64,000 bases of DNA, taken from positions 32,001-96,000 of IMG/VR virus record IMGVR_UViG_3300044991_001618, one strand, 5' to 3'. Below the pieces are notes generated by a model, which did not search any database, was not told the DNA's origin, and saw only the letters and a program-made list of their open reading frames with translations. Of the stretch, positions 48,873 through 58,780 are shown piece after piece. The DNA comes from a virus. Made by a program: the position numbers and the translations under genes. Each line of letters opens with the position of its first letter. Position 1 is the stretch's first letter.

Positions 48873-50546
48873 ATGAATAAATTAACATTAGTAACTGGAC
48901 TCTGGGATATAAAAAGAGATTCATTGGGTGATGGTTGGAATCGCTCATATAATCATTATTTGGATAAATTAAAACAATTATTAAGTGTTGATAATAATTT
49001 AATTGTATTTGGTGATAATGAATTAAAGAAATTTGTTTTTCAACATAGAAGTGAGAATAATACTTTTTTTATTGAAAGAAATTTGGATTGGTTTAAAAAT
49101 AATAATTACTTTGATTTAATCCAAAAAATAAGAACAAACCCCCAATGGTATCAACAAGCTGGGTGGTTAGAAGAATCCACACAAGCAAAGTTAGAATATT
49201 ATAATCCCCTAGTTATGTCCAAGATGTTCTTGTTGCATGATGCAAAGATTATGGATCCGTTTAATTCAGAATATGTGTTTTGGATTGATGCTGGATTAAC
49301 AAATACAGTTCACCCTGGATATTTCACTCATGATAAGGTTTTGGATATGTTGCCAAAATATATATCAAAATTTAGTTTTGTTTGTTTTCCATATGAAACA
49401 ACAAGTGAAATACATGGTTTTGATTATAATAAGATGGTATCTATTGTTGGCAAACCAGTTAACAAAGTGGCAAGAGGTGGTTTCTTTGGTGGACCCAAAA
49501 ACACAATAAGTGATATTAATTCAATATATTATGGCTTATTAATGGATACATTAGGTCAGGGTTATATGGGTACAGAGGAATCCTTATTTTCAATAATGAC
49601 ATATAAACATTCAGATTTAATAAATTATTTTGAGATTGATGGGAATGGTTTGTTTGGAAAGTTTTTTGAGGATTTAAAGAATGATGTATTGGAAATAAAA
49701 TCAGAGAATAAAATGATAAATAGCACGCCTTTGGATACATCAAAAGTTGGCTTATATGTAATAGGGTTTAATTCCCCCAACCAATTTGAAACATTGATTA
49801 AATCTATGTTAGATTATGATGCAAATTTTATTGATAAGACGCAGAAATATTTATTGGATAATTCAACAGATTTATCAACAACCCCAAGATATATTGAGTT
49901 ATGTGAGTTGTATGGATTTGAGCATATAAAGAAAGATAATCTTGGAATATGTGGTGGAAGGCAATTCATTGCGGAGCATTTTAATGATTCTGATTTGGAT
50001 GTGATGATTTTCTCTGAGGATGATATGAACTTCTATAAGAAACCAGGTGAGGTATGCAGAAATGGATTTAATAGATATACCCCCAACTTATATAACAAGT
50101 GTTTGAATATTATTCAGAAGGAGAATTATAATTTCTTAAAGATTAATTTTAGTGAATTTTATGGGGACAATTCAACACAATGGAGTTGGTATAATGTTCC
50201 GCAAAATGTTAGGGTTGAGAATTGGCCAGATAAACCAAATCTACCTATTCAAGGATTGGATCCAAATGCACCAAGAACAAAGTTCAATAATATAAAATCA
50301 ATGGAGGCTTTGCCTTATGCTGATGGTGAGATTTATTATTGCAACTGGACACATTTCATAACAAAGGCTGGAAATAAAAAAATGTTTATTGATACAAAAT
50401 TTGCCCATCCTTATGAAAATACATGGATGTCATTTATGTACCAAGAAACAGTTAAGAATGTTATTAAGCCTGGAATATTATTATTGACCCCTATTGAACA
50501 TCATAGGTTTGACCATTATGCTGGTGAATTAAGAAGGGAGAATTAA
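48873..50546 (+). CDS. HtrL/YibB-like domain fused to GT-A-like domain
   Basis: TLVTGLWDIKR, YNPLVMSK, FWIDAG, GGFFGG; C-terminal FSEDD. Confidence 0.7.
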   Translation: MNKLTLVTGLWDIKRDSLGDGWNRSYNHYLDKLKQLLSVDNNLIVFGDNELKKFVFQHRSENNTFFIERNLDWFKNNNYFDLIQKIRTNPQWYQQAGWLEESTQAKLEYYNPLVMSKMFLLHDAKIMDPFNSEYVFWIDAGLTNTVHPGYFTHDKVLDMLPKYISKFSFVCFPYETTSEIHGFDYNKMVSIVGKPVNKVARGGFFGGPKNTISDINSIYYGLLMDTLGQGYMGTEESLFSIMTYKHSDLINYFEIDGNGLFGKFFEDLKNDVLEIKSENKMINSTPLDTSKVGLYVIGFNSPNQFETLIKSMLDYDANFIDKTQKYLLDNSTDLSTTPRYIELCELYGFEHIKKDNLGICGGRQFIAEHFNDSDLDVMIFSEDDMNFYKKPGEVCRNGFNRYTPNLYNKCLNIIQKENYNFLKINFSEFYGDNSTQWSWYNVPQNVRVENWPDKPNLPIQGLDPNAPRTKFNNIKSMEALPYADGEIYYCNWTHFITKAGNKKMFIDTKFAHPYENTWMSFMYQETVKNVIKPGILLLTPIEHHRFDHYAGELRREN

Positions 50547-50589
50547 TATTTAATTCAAAATAAAATATATTATTATTATAATAAAAAAT

Positions 50590-51846
50590 ATGAAAATATT
50601 TGTTCAAATTGCAAGTTATCGTGACCCTGAATTAGTTAAAACCATTGAGGATATTCTGGATAAGGCAAAGAAGCCAAAGAACCTTGTTTTTGCCATTGCA
50701 AGGCAATATGCTGATGAGGATGGATTTGATAATCTTGATAAATGGAGAAAAGATAAAAGATTTAAAATATTGGATATTCCATATAATGAATCAAAGGGTG
50801 CTTGTTGGGCAAGAAATTTACTTCAGCAATTATATAATGATGAGGAATATACCCTTCAACTTGATTCACATATGCGTTTTAATCAAGATTGGGATGACAC
50901 ATTAATAAAAATAATTAAGGGCTTGCAGAAAGATGGTTATAAGAAGCCTTTATTAACTTCCTATGCTTGTTCTTATGAACCAACAAATGACCCAGCAGGG
51001 AGGATACAAGACCCTTGGAGGATGGTTTTTGATAGGTTTGCTCCAGAAGGTAATGTCTTTTTTATGCCAGAAACAATTGATGAATGGAAAACATTAAAGA
51101 AACCAATACCAGCAAGATTTTATTCAGCACATTATGCTTTTACCCTTGGACAATTTGCCAAGGAGGTTCAGCATAATCCAGAATATTATTTTCATGGTGA
51201 GGAGATTTCAATTGCAGTTAGAGCTTATACTTGGGGATATGATTTATTCCATCCCCATATTCCAATCATATATCATGAATATACAAGAAAGGGAAAGGTT
51301 AAACAATGGGATGATGATAAGGAATGGGTTAAACGTAATGATAGGGCACATTATCTAAATAAAAGATTGTTTGGGGTTGATGGTGTTCAACAAGAGGGTC
51401 ATGATGGATTATATGGTTTTGGTCCGGTTAGAACATTAAGAGATTATGAAAAATATGCTGGTATTCATTTTTCCAAACGTGCTGTTCAACAATGGACAAT
51501 TGATAAGAAGAACCCCCCAGTTAAAGAGGAGTATAAGACAGAGGAAGAATGGGAAAATAGTTTTTCAATTATATTTCGGCATTGCATTGATGTCCAATAT
51601 GATTCAGTTCCAGAAAAGGATTATGAATATTGGGTGGTTGCATTCCATGATGAGAATGATAACACATTATATAGAAAAGATGCAGATATTAATGAGATAA
51701 ATTCAATGATGAATGATTCAGATAAGTATTGCAAAATATGGAGAGATTTCCAAACAACAAAGCAGCCAGATTATTGGGTTGTTTGGCCTTATTCAAAATC
51801 AAAAGGCTGGTGTGACAGATTGACAGGTAAATTAAATATAATATAA
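50590..51846 (+). CDS. GT60-like GlcNAc transferase (paralog of 45018-46268)
   Basis: Same motifs, highly similar over whole length. Confidence 0.82.
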   Translation: MKIFVQIASYRDPELVKTIEDILDKAKKPKNLVFAIARQYADEDGFDNLDKWRKDKRFKILDIPYNESKGACWARNLLQQLYNDEEYTLQLDSHMRFNQDWDDTLIKIIKGLQKDGYKKPLLTSYACSYEPTNDPAGRIQDPWRMVFDRFAPEGNVFFMPETIDEWKTLKKPIPARFYSAHYAFTLGQFAKEVQHNPEYYFHGEEISIAVRAYTWGYDLFHPHIPIIYHEYTRKGKVKQWDDDKEWVKRNDRAHYLNKRLFGVDGVQQEGHDGLYGFGPVRTLRDYEKYAGIHFSKRAVQQWTIDKKNPPVKEEYKTEEEWENSFSIIFRHCIDVQYDSVPEKDYEYWVVAFHDENDNTLYRKDADINEINSMMNDSDKYCKIWRDFQTTKQPDYWVVWPYSKSKGWCDRLTGKLNII

Positions 51847-51849
51847 TAT

Positions 51850-52461
51850 ATGAGAAACATTAGAACAGATAAATTACAACATGGGTTTTTAGCAGTATAT
51901 GACCCATTATTTATGAGTTTGGATTCAATTTCAAACGTGTTGGAAATTGGGGTTTATAATGGTGGTAGTCTTAGATTATTACAGAGTTATTTTCCCAATA
52001 CTAATATCTATGGTATGGATTTGGATACCCCAAAATATTTTAACCCCAATGATAAATTTAAAATTCTTATTGGCAATCAAGAAAATAGAGAGGAGTTAGA
52101 AGATGCTGTTGCTGTCATTGATAATGAATTAGATTTGATTATTGATGATGGGGGTCACACTATGAAGCAACAACAAATATCTTTTGGGTGTTTATTTAAG
52201 CATTTAAAGAAAGGGGGAATTTATATAATAGAAGATTTACATACTTCTAGGTGGGGTATAAATTCAGACTACATAGATAAAAGTGATTTAATTACAACAT
52301 TAGATTTACTTAATAATTTTAAAAACACTAGTAATATTATTTCAAATCATATGACTAACGAGGAAAAAGCTTACTTGGAGGACAATATCGAATCAATAGA
52401 AATTTGGTCAAAGAATATAGAACACAATATTAGTGTGACTTCAGTCATTAGAAAAAGGTAA
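51850..52461 (+). CDS. Class I SAM-dependent (sugar O-) methyltransferase
   Basis: VLEIGVYNGGS, IIDDGGH, GGIYIIEDL. Confidence 0.85.
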   Translation: MRNIRTDKLQHGFLAVYDPLFMSLDSISNVLEIGVYNGGSLRLLQSYFPNTNIYGMDLDTPKYFNPNDKFKILIGNQENREELEDAVAVIDNELDLIIDDGGHTMKQQQISFGCLFKHLKKGGIYIIEDLHTSRWGINSDYIDKSDLITTLDLLNNFKNTSNIISNHMTNEEKAYLEDNIESIEIWSKNIEHNISVTSVIRKR

Positions 52462-52492
52462 CATTAATATTTATACCTAAATAATTAATTTA

Positions 52493-53203
52493 ATGATTAT
52501 TAAAAAACAAATATCAAGGATAAAAGAAATTATTGAATCTTTTACTAAAAACTCATATGATTTACCAGAAAAACCAGATGAAGTGTTATTCAATGATTTT
52601 TGGCTTTCCCAATTGGATGTAGAAGGTGATTATGTAAAGTTGTATCATTTTGGTGAGCCAGATTTGGAATACCTAGATCCATCTCATTTTGGTAAAAATT
52701 CATATACAAGTTCAGAGAAATGGTGGGGAAAAAATAGGTTATTTTTTTACACAAATTTAAAACAAAAAGAAAGGATTGTTTCAGGTACACTATATACTGC
52801 AACTATAGATTTAAAAGATTTGTATCCATTCAATGCTGACCCCCTAAACTTATATGACATTGCTGTTGAAATGTATTCTAATGAAAATATTCCATACCAA
52901 AGGCAAGTATTATATATGTCAAATATGCTAATAGATATGGGGTATAAGGGAATGATATATAAATGGCACGATGAAAGTTTGTTGGCAGTAATATGGGAAA
53001 AGGTAAAAAACATAAAATCAGAGCAAGAGAAGAAAGAATATAAGTTACCAACAAGCGATATGGTTGGTTATCCAATAGAAAATGGATTAAGCACCAATCC
53101 AAGATTATCACATGAGGAAAAAATAGAGGGAGTAGTTAAGAAAATGATTCACAGTAACTACCCCCCAGATTTTATTCAAAATTACATTGACAGTTTTAAG
53201 TGA
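52493..53203 (+). CDS. Hypothetical protein, possible ADP-ribosyltransferase-like fold
   Basis: LYHFG...LDP..FG...RLFFYT...LY...GYKGMIY pattern; TATTTAT 18 nt upstream. Confidence 0.4.
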   Translation: MIIKKQISRIKEIIESFTKNSYDLPEKPDEVLFNDFWLSQLDVEGDYVKLYHFGEPDLEYLDPSHFGKNSYTSSEKWWGKNRLFFYTNLKQKERIVSGTLYTATIDLKDLYPFNADPLNLYDIAVEMYSNENIPYQRQVLYMSNMLIDMGYKGMIYKWHDESLLAVIWEKVKNIKSEQEKKEYKLPTSDMVGYPIENGLSTNPRLSHEEKIEGVVKKMIHSNYPPDFIQNYIDSFK

Positions 53204-54318
53204 TATTTTAATTTATCTGCCATATCAAGTTTTTCCCAAGGCATAGTATCATTACCAAAATGACCTTTTGCTGAATTGTAATAGATTGGGGTTTTTAAAT
53301 TAAAATGTTTTATAACATCAGATGGGGTTGTTGGGAATATGTTTTTAACCACATTAATTAACAAATCATCATTAAATTTACCATATGTATTTATGCTTAG
53401 TGAGGCTGGTGTTGAAACACCAATCATATAAGCAATTTCAACACTACACTTATCAGCAACACCACTTGCAACAATATTCTTTGCAATATACCTTGCCAAA
53501 TATGCGCCAGTTCTATCCACTTTGCTTGGGTCTTTACCACTAAAAGCACCACCCCCAACTGGACAATATGGTCCGTATTGGTCAACCACAATCTTTCTTC
53601 CTGTTACACCGCAATCAGCAACTGGTCCACCTACATTCCAAGAACCAGCAGGGTTAATGACAATTGAGGTGTTATCATCAATCAAGGCAAAAATATCAGC
53701 ATCCAAATTCATTTCATTATACCGAATCCCTTTCATAATAATTTGCCTTACATTAGATAGGGTTAAATCTTCGCTATGCATTGTTGATACCAATATGGTA
53801 TGAATTCTTTTGCTATTGTCATCATACTCAATTGTTGTTTGTGTTTTAATATCAGGACCGAATCCTATATTATTATATACATAATCAACCAACTTCTTTG
53901 ATACATACATACCAATTGGCATATAGGTTTTTGTTTCGTTTGTTGCATAGCCAGTCATAAAACCTTGGTCACCAGCACCCAAAGAATCTTCGCTATATTT
54001 TAAAACAGCACTATTTATTTCTCTACTTTGCTGTCCAATCAAATTTATGATTGTAATATTTTTGTAATAAAACCCATGACCTGGGTTAGTGTAACCAATT
54101 TCTTTTATGGTATTTTTAATAACCTCTTCATAATTGATTCTATGTGTGCTGGATATTTCACCCCCTAACACAACACAATTGTCTTTAACAAGAGTTTCAA
54201 CAGCAACCTTTGCGTCTGGGTCAAGAGTAAGGTAAGCATCAAGTATTGCGTCTGAAATTTGGTCAGCAACCTTATCTGGATGCCCAATGGAAACGCTTTC
54301 AGCGGTAATTAATTTCAT
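53182..54318 (-). CDS. metK: S-adenosylmethionine synthetase
   Basis: ESVSIGHPDKVADQISD, GAGDQG, GVTGRKIVVD, GGGAFSGKDPSKVDR; likely start 54318. Confidence 0.96.
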   Translation of the reverse strand: MKLITAESVSIGHPDKVADQISDAILDAYLTLDPDAKVAVETLVKDNCVVLGGEISSTHRINYEEVIKNTIKEIGYTNPGHGFYYKNITIINLIGQQSREINSAVLKYSEDSLGAGDQGFMTGYATNETKTYMPIGMYVSKKLVDYVYNNIGFGPDIKTQTTIEYDDNSKRIHTILVSTMHSEDLTLSNVRQIIMKGIRYNEMNLDADIFALIDDNTSIVINPAGSWNVGGPVADCGVTGRKIVVDQYGPYCPVGGGAFSGKDPSKVDRTGAYLARYIAKNIVASGVADKCSVEIAYMIGVSTPASLSINTYGKFNDDLLINVVKNIFPTTPSDVIKHFNLKTPIYYNSAKGHFGNDTMPWEKLDMADKLKYHLKLSM

Positions 54319-54352
54319 ATTTATATATTTTAGAGTTAAACAATTCACTTTG

Positions 54353-54384
54353 CAAATATAATAAGAAAAGGGGTCGATTTCAAC
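54353..54384 (-). promoter_or_regulatory. Bacteroidota primary-sigma promoter for metK
   Basis: GTTG-N20-TATATTTG(CA). Confidence 0.7.
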
Positions 54385-54392
54385 CCCTTTCT
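54364..54392 (-). terminator. Terminator after DoxX gene
   Basis: Minus strand AAAGGGGTTG-AAAT-CGACCCCTTTTCTT. Confidence 0.7.
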
Positions 54393-54455
54393 CCTAATTC
54401 TTAAATTTTTTTATAAGTTGCCAAATCTCTATTTATTTTCTTGATTTGGCAGGAT

Positions 54456-54845
54456 TTAAATCTTTGATTGTATCTTTAATAATTCTTTAACTGCATCTTT
54501 TTGACTATAACATACTGCACCAAAAATTACTGCAATAATAATAATAATTGGATTTAGTGCATCACTTGTTGTTATATGGAATAATATAATATTTAAAATA
54601 ATAGGTATAATTGCCAGAAAACCAAGAAATCTTGTTCTTTTATATAATAAAAGTAAGCTACTAAAAATTTCCACAATACCAACTAATGAACCAAGATAGG
54701 AATTAAACATTCCCACCATAAGAAGTTGTGCCCCCATATCTGTTGGTGGTGGAGGGGTCATAAAGTGTAAAAATTTATTAGCACCAAATACAATAAAAAG
54801 AAATGCTAACATAGCAATTGAAGACTTTAATAAATTCTCTTTCAT
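54456..54845 (-). CDS. DoxX-family membrane protein
   Basis: FIVFGANKFLHF, VGIVEI, NIILFH; four hydrophobic segments. Confidence 0.8.
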   Translation of the reverse strand: MKENLLKSSIAMLAFLFIVFGANKFLHFMTPPPPTDMGAQLLMVGMFNSYLGSLVGIVEIFSSLLLLYKRTRFLGFLAIIPIILNIILFHITTSDALNPIIIIIAVIFGAVCYSQKDAVKELLKIQSKI

Positions 54846-54864
54846 TTTAATTTTTTTTAAATTA

Positions 54865-54891
54865 GATTGGGGGCATTATCTACCCCCAATC
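54865..54891 (-). terminator. Hairpin after TonB-dependent receptor gene
   Basis: GATTGGGGG-N9-CCCCCAATC; no clear U-tail. Confidence 0.5.
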
Positions 54892-54900
54892 ATTATTTGT

Positions 54901-57900
54901 TTAGTTAAAGATGTATCTCAATCCCAATTGCGCTTGCCAAGCATTACCTACACTAATTGTTTTAACAAAAGTTTTGTCTAATAGTTGTGTTGAACCATCA
55001 ACAACTCTTGTTGCCATTCTGTATGTTGGAACACCATCAGCAGAAACAGATGCTACTGTTAATGGACTTGCTGTACCGAAACTACCAGATGTTGTAGAAT
55101 ATCCAACACCCCAAGCATTATTCAATATATTTCCAAAGTTAAGAATATCTGCTCTAAATTGCAAGGTATTTCTTTTTCCTTTTACATTAACATATACTTC
55201 TTGAACCGCAGATAAATCAACTCTTGTTAACCAAGGGAAGTATCCACCATTTCTTTCAGCGTATGTTCCTTTGCGTGATGATAAATATTCATCATTTGAA
55301 ATTAGATTGTTTAACGCCTCTTGTTGTTGTGCTGGGGTGAAAGTCTTTCCACCAGCAGTAAGTGTTGCAAAAGTGATTTCTGTTGCATTATTTGGCACAT
55401 AAATGAGGTCGTTAATTTGTCCATCACCATTTAAGTCATTTCCATAAATGTAACTGATTTTACTACCACTTGCAGATGTTGCACCTAATGTTAATTCAGT
55501 TGAACCTCCAAATTTACCGCCATAGTTAATTCTATAATTAACATATCCAATAAATCTATGACGTAAATCATTATCTGTGAATGATGGGGCTAAGAAATTT
55601 TGGCCACCAACACCAGGTGCATTTGCCTGAACTGTACTACCTACTGATTGTAGATCTGTTGACCTTGCGTTTGTATAGCCAACCATACCACCTAAACCAT
55701 TAACCGCTGGTTTCTCAATCTTTGTAGTAAGAGCATAAGAATAACCCCTATCTGTATTTGTTAATAAGAAAGCATTTGAAATTGTTGGATTTAAGAATCT
55801 TGCTATTGCAACTGTATTTGCAGCACCAGAACCTGAACTTGTAACACCTGATGCTGGATAACGTGGTCTTCCATCTGACAAGAATCTATCAGCACTTTTT
55901 AAATTTGCGTCAATATAACGTAGTCCAGATAATGTTTTACCATAAATACCTTCAACTGTTCCGATTAATCCAAATGGTAATTTTTGGTCAACTGCAATAT
56001 TTGATTTCCAAACTGATGGGTATTTTAAATCCTCACTTGATGCGTTAATAACATAAGGTGGTAATTTTGTAATATCAGTTGTTGTTGGTGCAAATCTGCT
56101 TGGGTCAGTTGTGAATGGGTATGCAGTTGTATTTGTTACGTTAATAACCGCTGTATTAACACCATTATTACCCAGTTGATTAGATACCAAAACTTGTGGA
56201 ACTCTTGAAACAAAGATACCCGTTCCACCCCTAACTTGGGTTGTTTGGTCACCATTAACATCATAATTAAATCCAATTCTTGGGGATAACAATAATGTTG
56301 GTTTTGGGAATGCACTTGTGTTAATTTTTGTTGGTTGACCATTTTTATCTCTGAATGTTAAACCACCAACAACTGGATTATAAAAATCTTCCGCAGTTGA
56401 ATTGTCATACATAACAACATCCCCACGCAAACCAACTGTTAATTTGACTAAATCAGTTAATTCATACTCATCTTGTGCATAAGCACTAAATGTGGAAACT
56501 TTTAAAGATTGTAATGGTTCAATACCCCCAGGTAATAATGAGTATCTTAGATTGTAACGGTTTAGAGTTACTGGTGATACTGGATTACTTGGGTTGTTTT
56601 TAAATTCTAATGCTGCTTTTTTGAAATCATCAATAGAATTATAAACATAAACACCATTTGATGCTGGGAAGAAAACGTTATTTGATTGGAAATATTCATA
56701 AGCCAAACCAAATGTGAAGTAATGCTTACCAGATGACAAATTAAAATTGTTTGTTAAATTTAAAGTACTGTAATTAAGTTTGTTGTTTGGTGTGAAGGGG
56801 TCAAAGCCAACAGTTGTATAGGTTGTACCATCTTTAAGAATATCTATTGTTGGAAATAAATCTGTACGATATCTTCTATCTTCAATTTGTTTATTGAATG
56901 TAGCAATAAAGTTGTTTGACTTCTTTGAAGAAAGAATTGAGTTTAATTCAAATGCAACAGAACGAGTATTATCTTGGATGATATATCCAGTGTTTTCCCC
57001 AGAGATAGCAAATGCTGAATTTTGACGATTACCATTACCAGCTGTATTGCTACTGTTTGAACTACTAATAACTTGTTCTGATTCTGAATTATGATGAGAA
57101 TAACGAAGAGATGCTTTGTGCTTTCTACTAATGTTATAATCTAAACGAACAAGTCCTTTTGTACTTTTAACATCATTATTAAAGTTATCAAGTGAACCAA
57201 GGTCATAATTAAAGTTTGTTTTCATAAATGAGGACAAATCTTTTAAATCACTTTCTGTTACACGAGATACGTTACCAGTAGCACCTGGCTTGTTTGTTTG
57301 CCAACTTAATGCTGGATTTGTTCCAGTAAATTGTTCAGCATTAACAAAAATAAATAATTTGTTTTTGATGATTGGTGCACCAATTCTAAAACCAGTTGTT
57401 TTTTCATCTAGGAAGATTGGTGGTAGTTTGATACCATTTACAGTTTTACCTACTAAATCACTTGACCTAAATAATCTGTAAAATGAACCAGAAATATCAT
57501 TTGTACCAGAACGAGTTACTGCATTAACACCTGCACCAACAAAGCCAGATTGTCTAACATCAAAGGGGGCAATATTTAATTGTACCTCTTCAACAGCATC
57601 AAGAGAAATTGCGGTTGTTCCTGTTCTACCACCAGCAGCAGCAGATGACCCAAGACCAAATCCATTATTAAATACTGAACCATCAATTGTGAAATTGTTA
57701 AAACGGCTGTCTTGCCCACCAAATGAACGACCATTACCATAAGCATTATACTTTGTAATGTCATCAATTGTTCTACCAATTGTTGGTAAACTATTAATTG
57801 TACTTGAACTAAATTGAGTTGATGCCCCAGTTCTTTGACTAGAAAAAATGGCATTTTTGTTTGCCGTAATTGTTACCCCTTGCAAATCATAAGATGATTC

Positions 57901-58245
57901 AACTAAGGAAAAATTCAATGTTTTGGTTGTTCCCAAATTTAATATAACATTGGATTGGGTTTTTGTGGCATATCCAACATAACTAACTGTTATGTTATAA
58001 GGGCCACCAACACGCATCCCTGGAATTCTATATGTACCATCAATATCAGTTGATGTACCATAACTTGTTCCAGATGGTAAGTGAACAGCCTCAATGGTTG
58101 CACCAACCAAAACCTCACCTTTTGGGTCACTTGTTGGTACTGAAGGTGTTGTTACCACACCAGTTATTGCTGAAGTTGTTACTTGAGCATAACTCATACT
58201 AAACGTCATAAATGTTAATAATAACGTTTTAAAAATGTTTTTCAT
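54901..58245 (-). CDS. Oar-like TonB-dependent outer-membrane receptor
   Basis: Signal peptide (SYA|QVTT), carboxypeptidase-regulatory-like domain, plug NNFTIDG / [21 protein letters not shown]-terminal [11 protein letters not shown]. Confidence 0.92.
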   Translation of the reverse strand: MKNIFKTLLLTFMTFSMSYAQVTTSAITGVVTTPSVPTSDPKGEVLVGATIEAVHLPSGTSYGTSTDIDGTYRIPGMRVGGPYNITVSYVGYATKTQSNVILNLGTTKTLNFSLVESSYDLQGVTITANKNAIFSSQRTGASTQFSSSTINSLPTIGRTIDDITKYNAYGNGRSFGGQDSRFNNFTIDGSVFNNGFGLGSSAAAGGRTGTTAISLDAVEEVQLNIAPFDVRQSGFVGAGVNAVTRSGTNDISGSFYRLFRSSDLVGKTVNGIKLPPIFLDEKTTGFRIGAPIIKNKLFIFVNAEQFTGTNPALSWQTNKPGATGNVSRVTESDLKDLSSFMKTNFNYDLGSLDNFNNDVKSTKGLVRLDYNISRKHKASLRYSHHNSESEQVISSSNSSNTAGNGNRQNSAFAISGENTGYIIQDNTRSVAFELNSILSSKKSNNFIATFNKQIEDRRYRTDLFPTIDILKDGTTYTTVGFDPFTPNNKLNYSTLNLTNNFNLSSGKHYFTFGLAYEYFQSNNVFFPASNGVYVYNSIDDFKKAALEFKNNPSNPVSPVTLNRYNLRYSLLPGGIEPLQSLKVSTFSAYAQDEYELTDLVKLTVGLRGDVVMYDNSTAEDFYNPVVGGLTFRDKNGQPTKINTSAFPKPTLLLSPRIGFNYDVNGDQTTQVRGGTGIFVSRVPQVLVSNQLGNNGVNTAVINVTNTTAYPFTTDPSRFAPTTTDITKLPPYVINASSEDLKYPSVWKSNIAVDQKLPFGLIGTVEGIYGKTLSGLRYIDANLKSADRFLSDGRPRYPASGVTSSGSGAANTVAIARFLNPTISNAFLLTNTDRGYSYALTTKIEKPAVNGLGGMVGYTNARSTDLQSVGSTVQANAPGVGGQNFLAPSFTDNDLRHRFIGYVNYRINYGGKFGGSTELTLGATSASGSKISYIYGNDLNGDGQINDLIYVPNNATEITFATLTAGGKTFTPAQQQEALNNLISNDEYLSSRKGTYAERNGGYFPWLTRVDLSAVQEVYVNVKGKRNTLQFRADILNFGNILNNAWGVGYSTTSGSFGTASPLTVASVSADGVPTYRMATRVVDGSTQLLDKTFVKTISVGNAWQAQLGLRYIFN

Positions 58246-58295
58246 AGTAAAATTGTTTTGTTTAAAAATTTTAATTTATTATAAATAAGACTTTA

Positions 58296-58327
58296 CAAGT
58301 ATAGCCAAACAAAATATTTTAGGCAAG
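58296..58327 (-). promoter_or_regulatory. Near-consensus Bacteroidota promoter for the receptor gene
   Basis: CTTG-N20-TATACTTG (one mismatch to TAnnTTTG). Confidence 0.45.
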
Positions 58328-58373
58328 TTTTTTTTGAATTTATATTTTTCATATATTTATTTATAAATATAAT

Positions 58374-58748
58374 ATGAAATTCTATATAAAGAAAGGTGCA
58401 GATTTACCTATATTAAAAGTTGAACCAATTAAGGATGGTAGGTCAGATTACAAAAAATTTATGGAGGATTTGGAGTCATCTACCATATTATTTTCTATGA
58501 TTAACACAGAAAATAATTCATATAAAATCACAAATAGTGAAGCATATTTAGTTGCCAAAGAAACAACAGAACCAACCCCAAATGTGGAATACTACATATA
58601 TTATCAATTTAAGAAAAGAGAAACAAATACACCTGGCATATATAAAGGTGAATTTTTAATTAGGAATGAAGATGGGGACCTCATCTTGCCTTTAAGAGAA
58701 GAATTAACTATTATTATTTTAGATTCGTTTATTAAGAAGTTTAATTAA
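58374..58748 (+). CDS. Ig-like/BppU-like baseplate or tail protein
   Basis: FYIKKGADLP...YYQF...TNTPGIYKGEF; TATTTAT upstream. Confidence 0.55.
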   Translation: MKFYIKKGADLPILKVEPIKDGRSDYKKFMEDLESSTILFSMINTENNSYKITNSEAYLVAKETTEPTPNVEYYIYYQFKKRETNTPGIYKGEFLIRNEDGDLILPLREELTIIILDSFIKKFN

Positions 58749-58780
58749 AACTTTTATATCTTACCCCTAAAATAATTAAT

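Noticed and set aside
54419-54451. Inverted repeat TGCCAAATC-N15-GATTTGGCA as SAM riboswitch or operator upstream of metK
   Set aside because: Lies upstream of the predicted metK promoter and shows no SAM-riboswitch consensus; probably a 3' hairpin of the DoxX transcript
54874-54882. TAGATAATG (LRR junction motif) in the hairpin loop after the receptor gene
   Set aside because: Single 9-mer in AT-rich DNA with no LRR sequence nearby; chance is sufficient
16386-58245. Bacterial capsule/O-antigen locus or giant eukaryotic virus origin
   Set aside because: Interleaved with gp23, gp13, gp5-like and gp55-like genes; no wzx/wzy; bacterial promoters, terminators and overlapping operons
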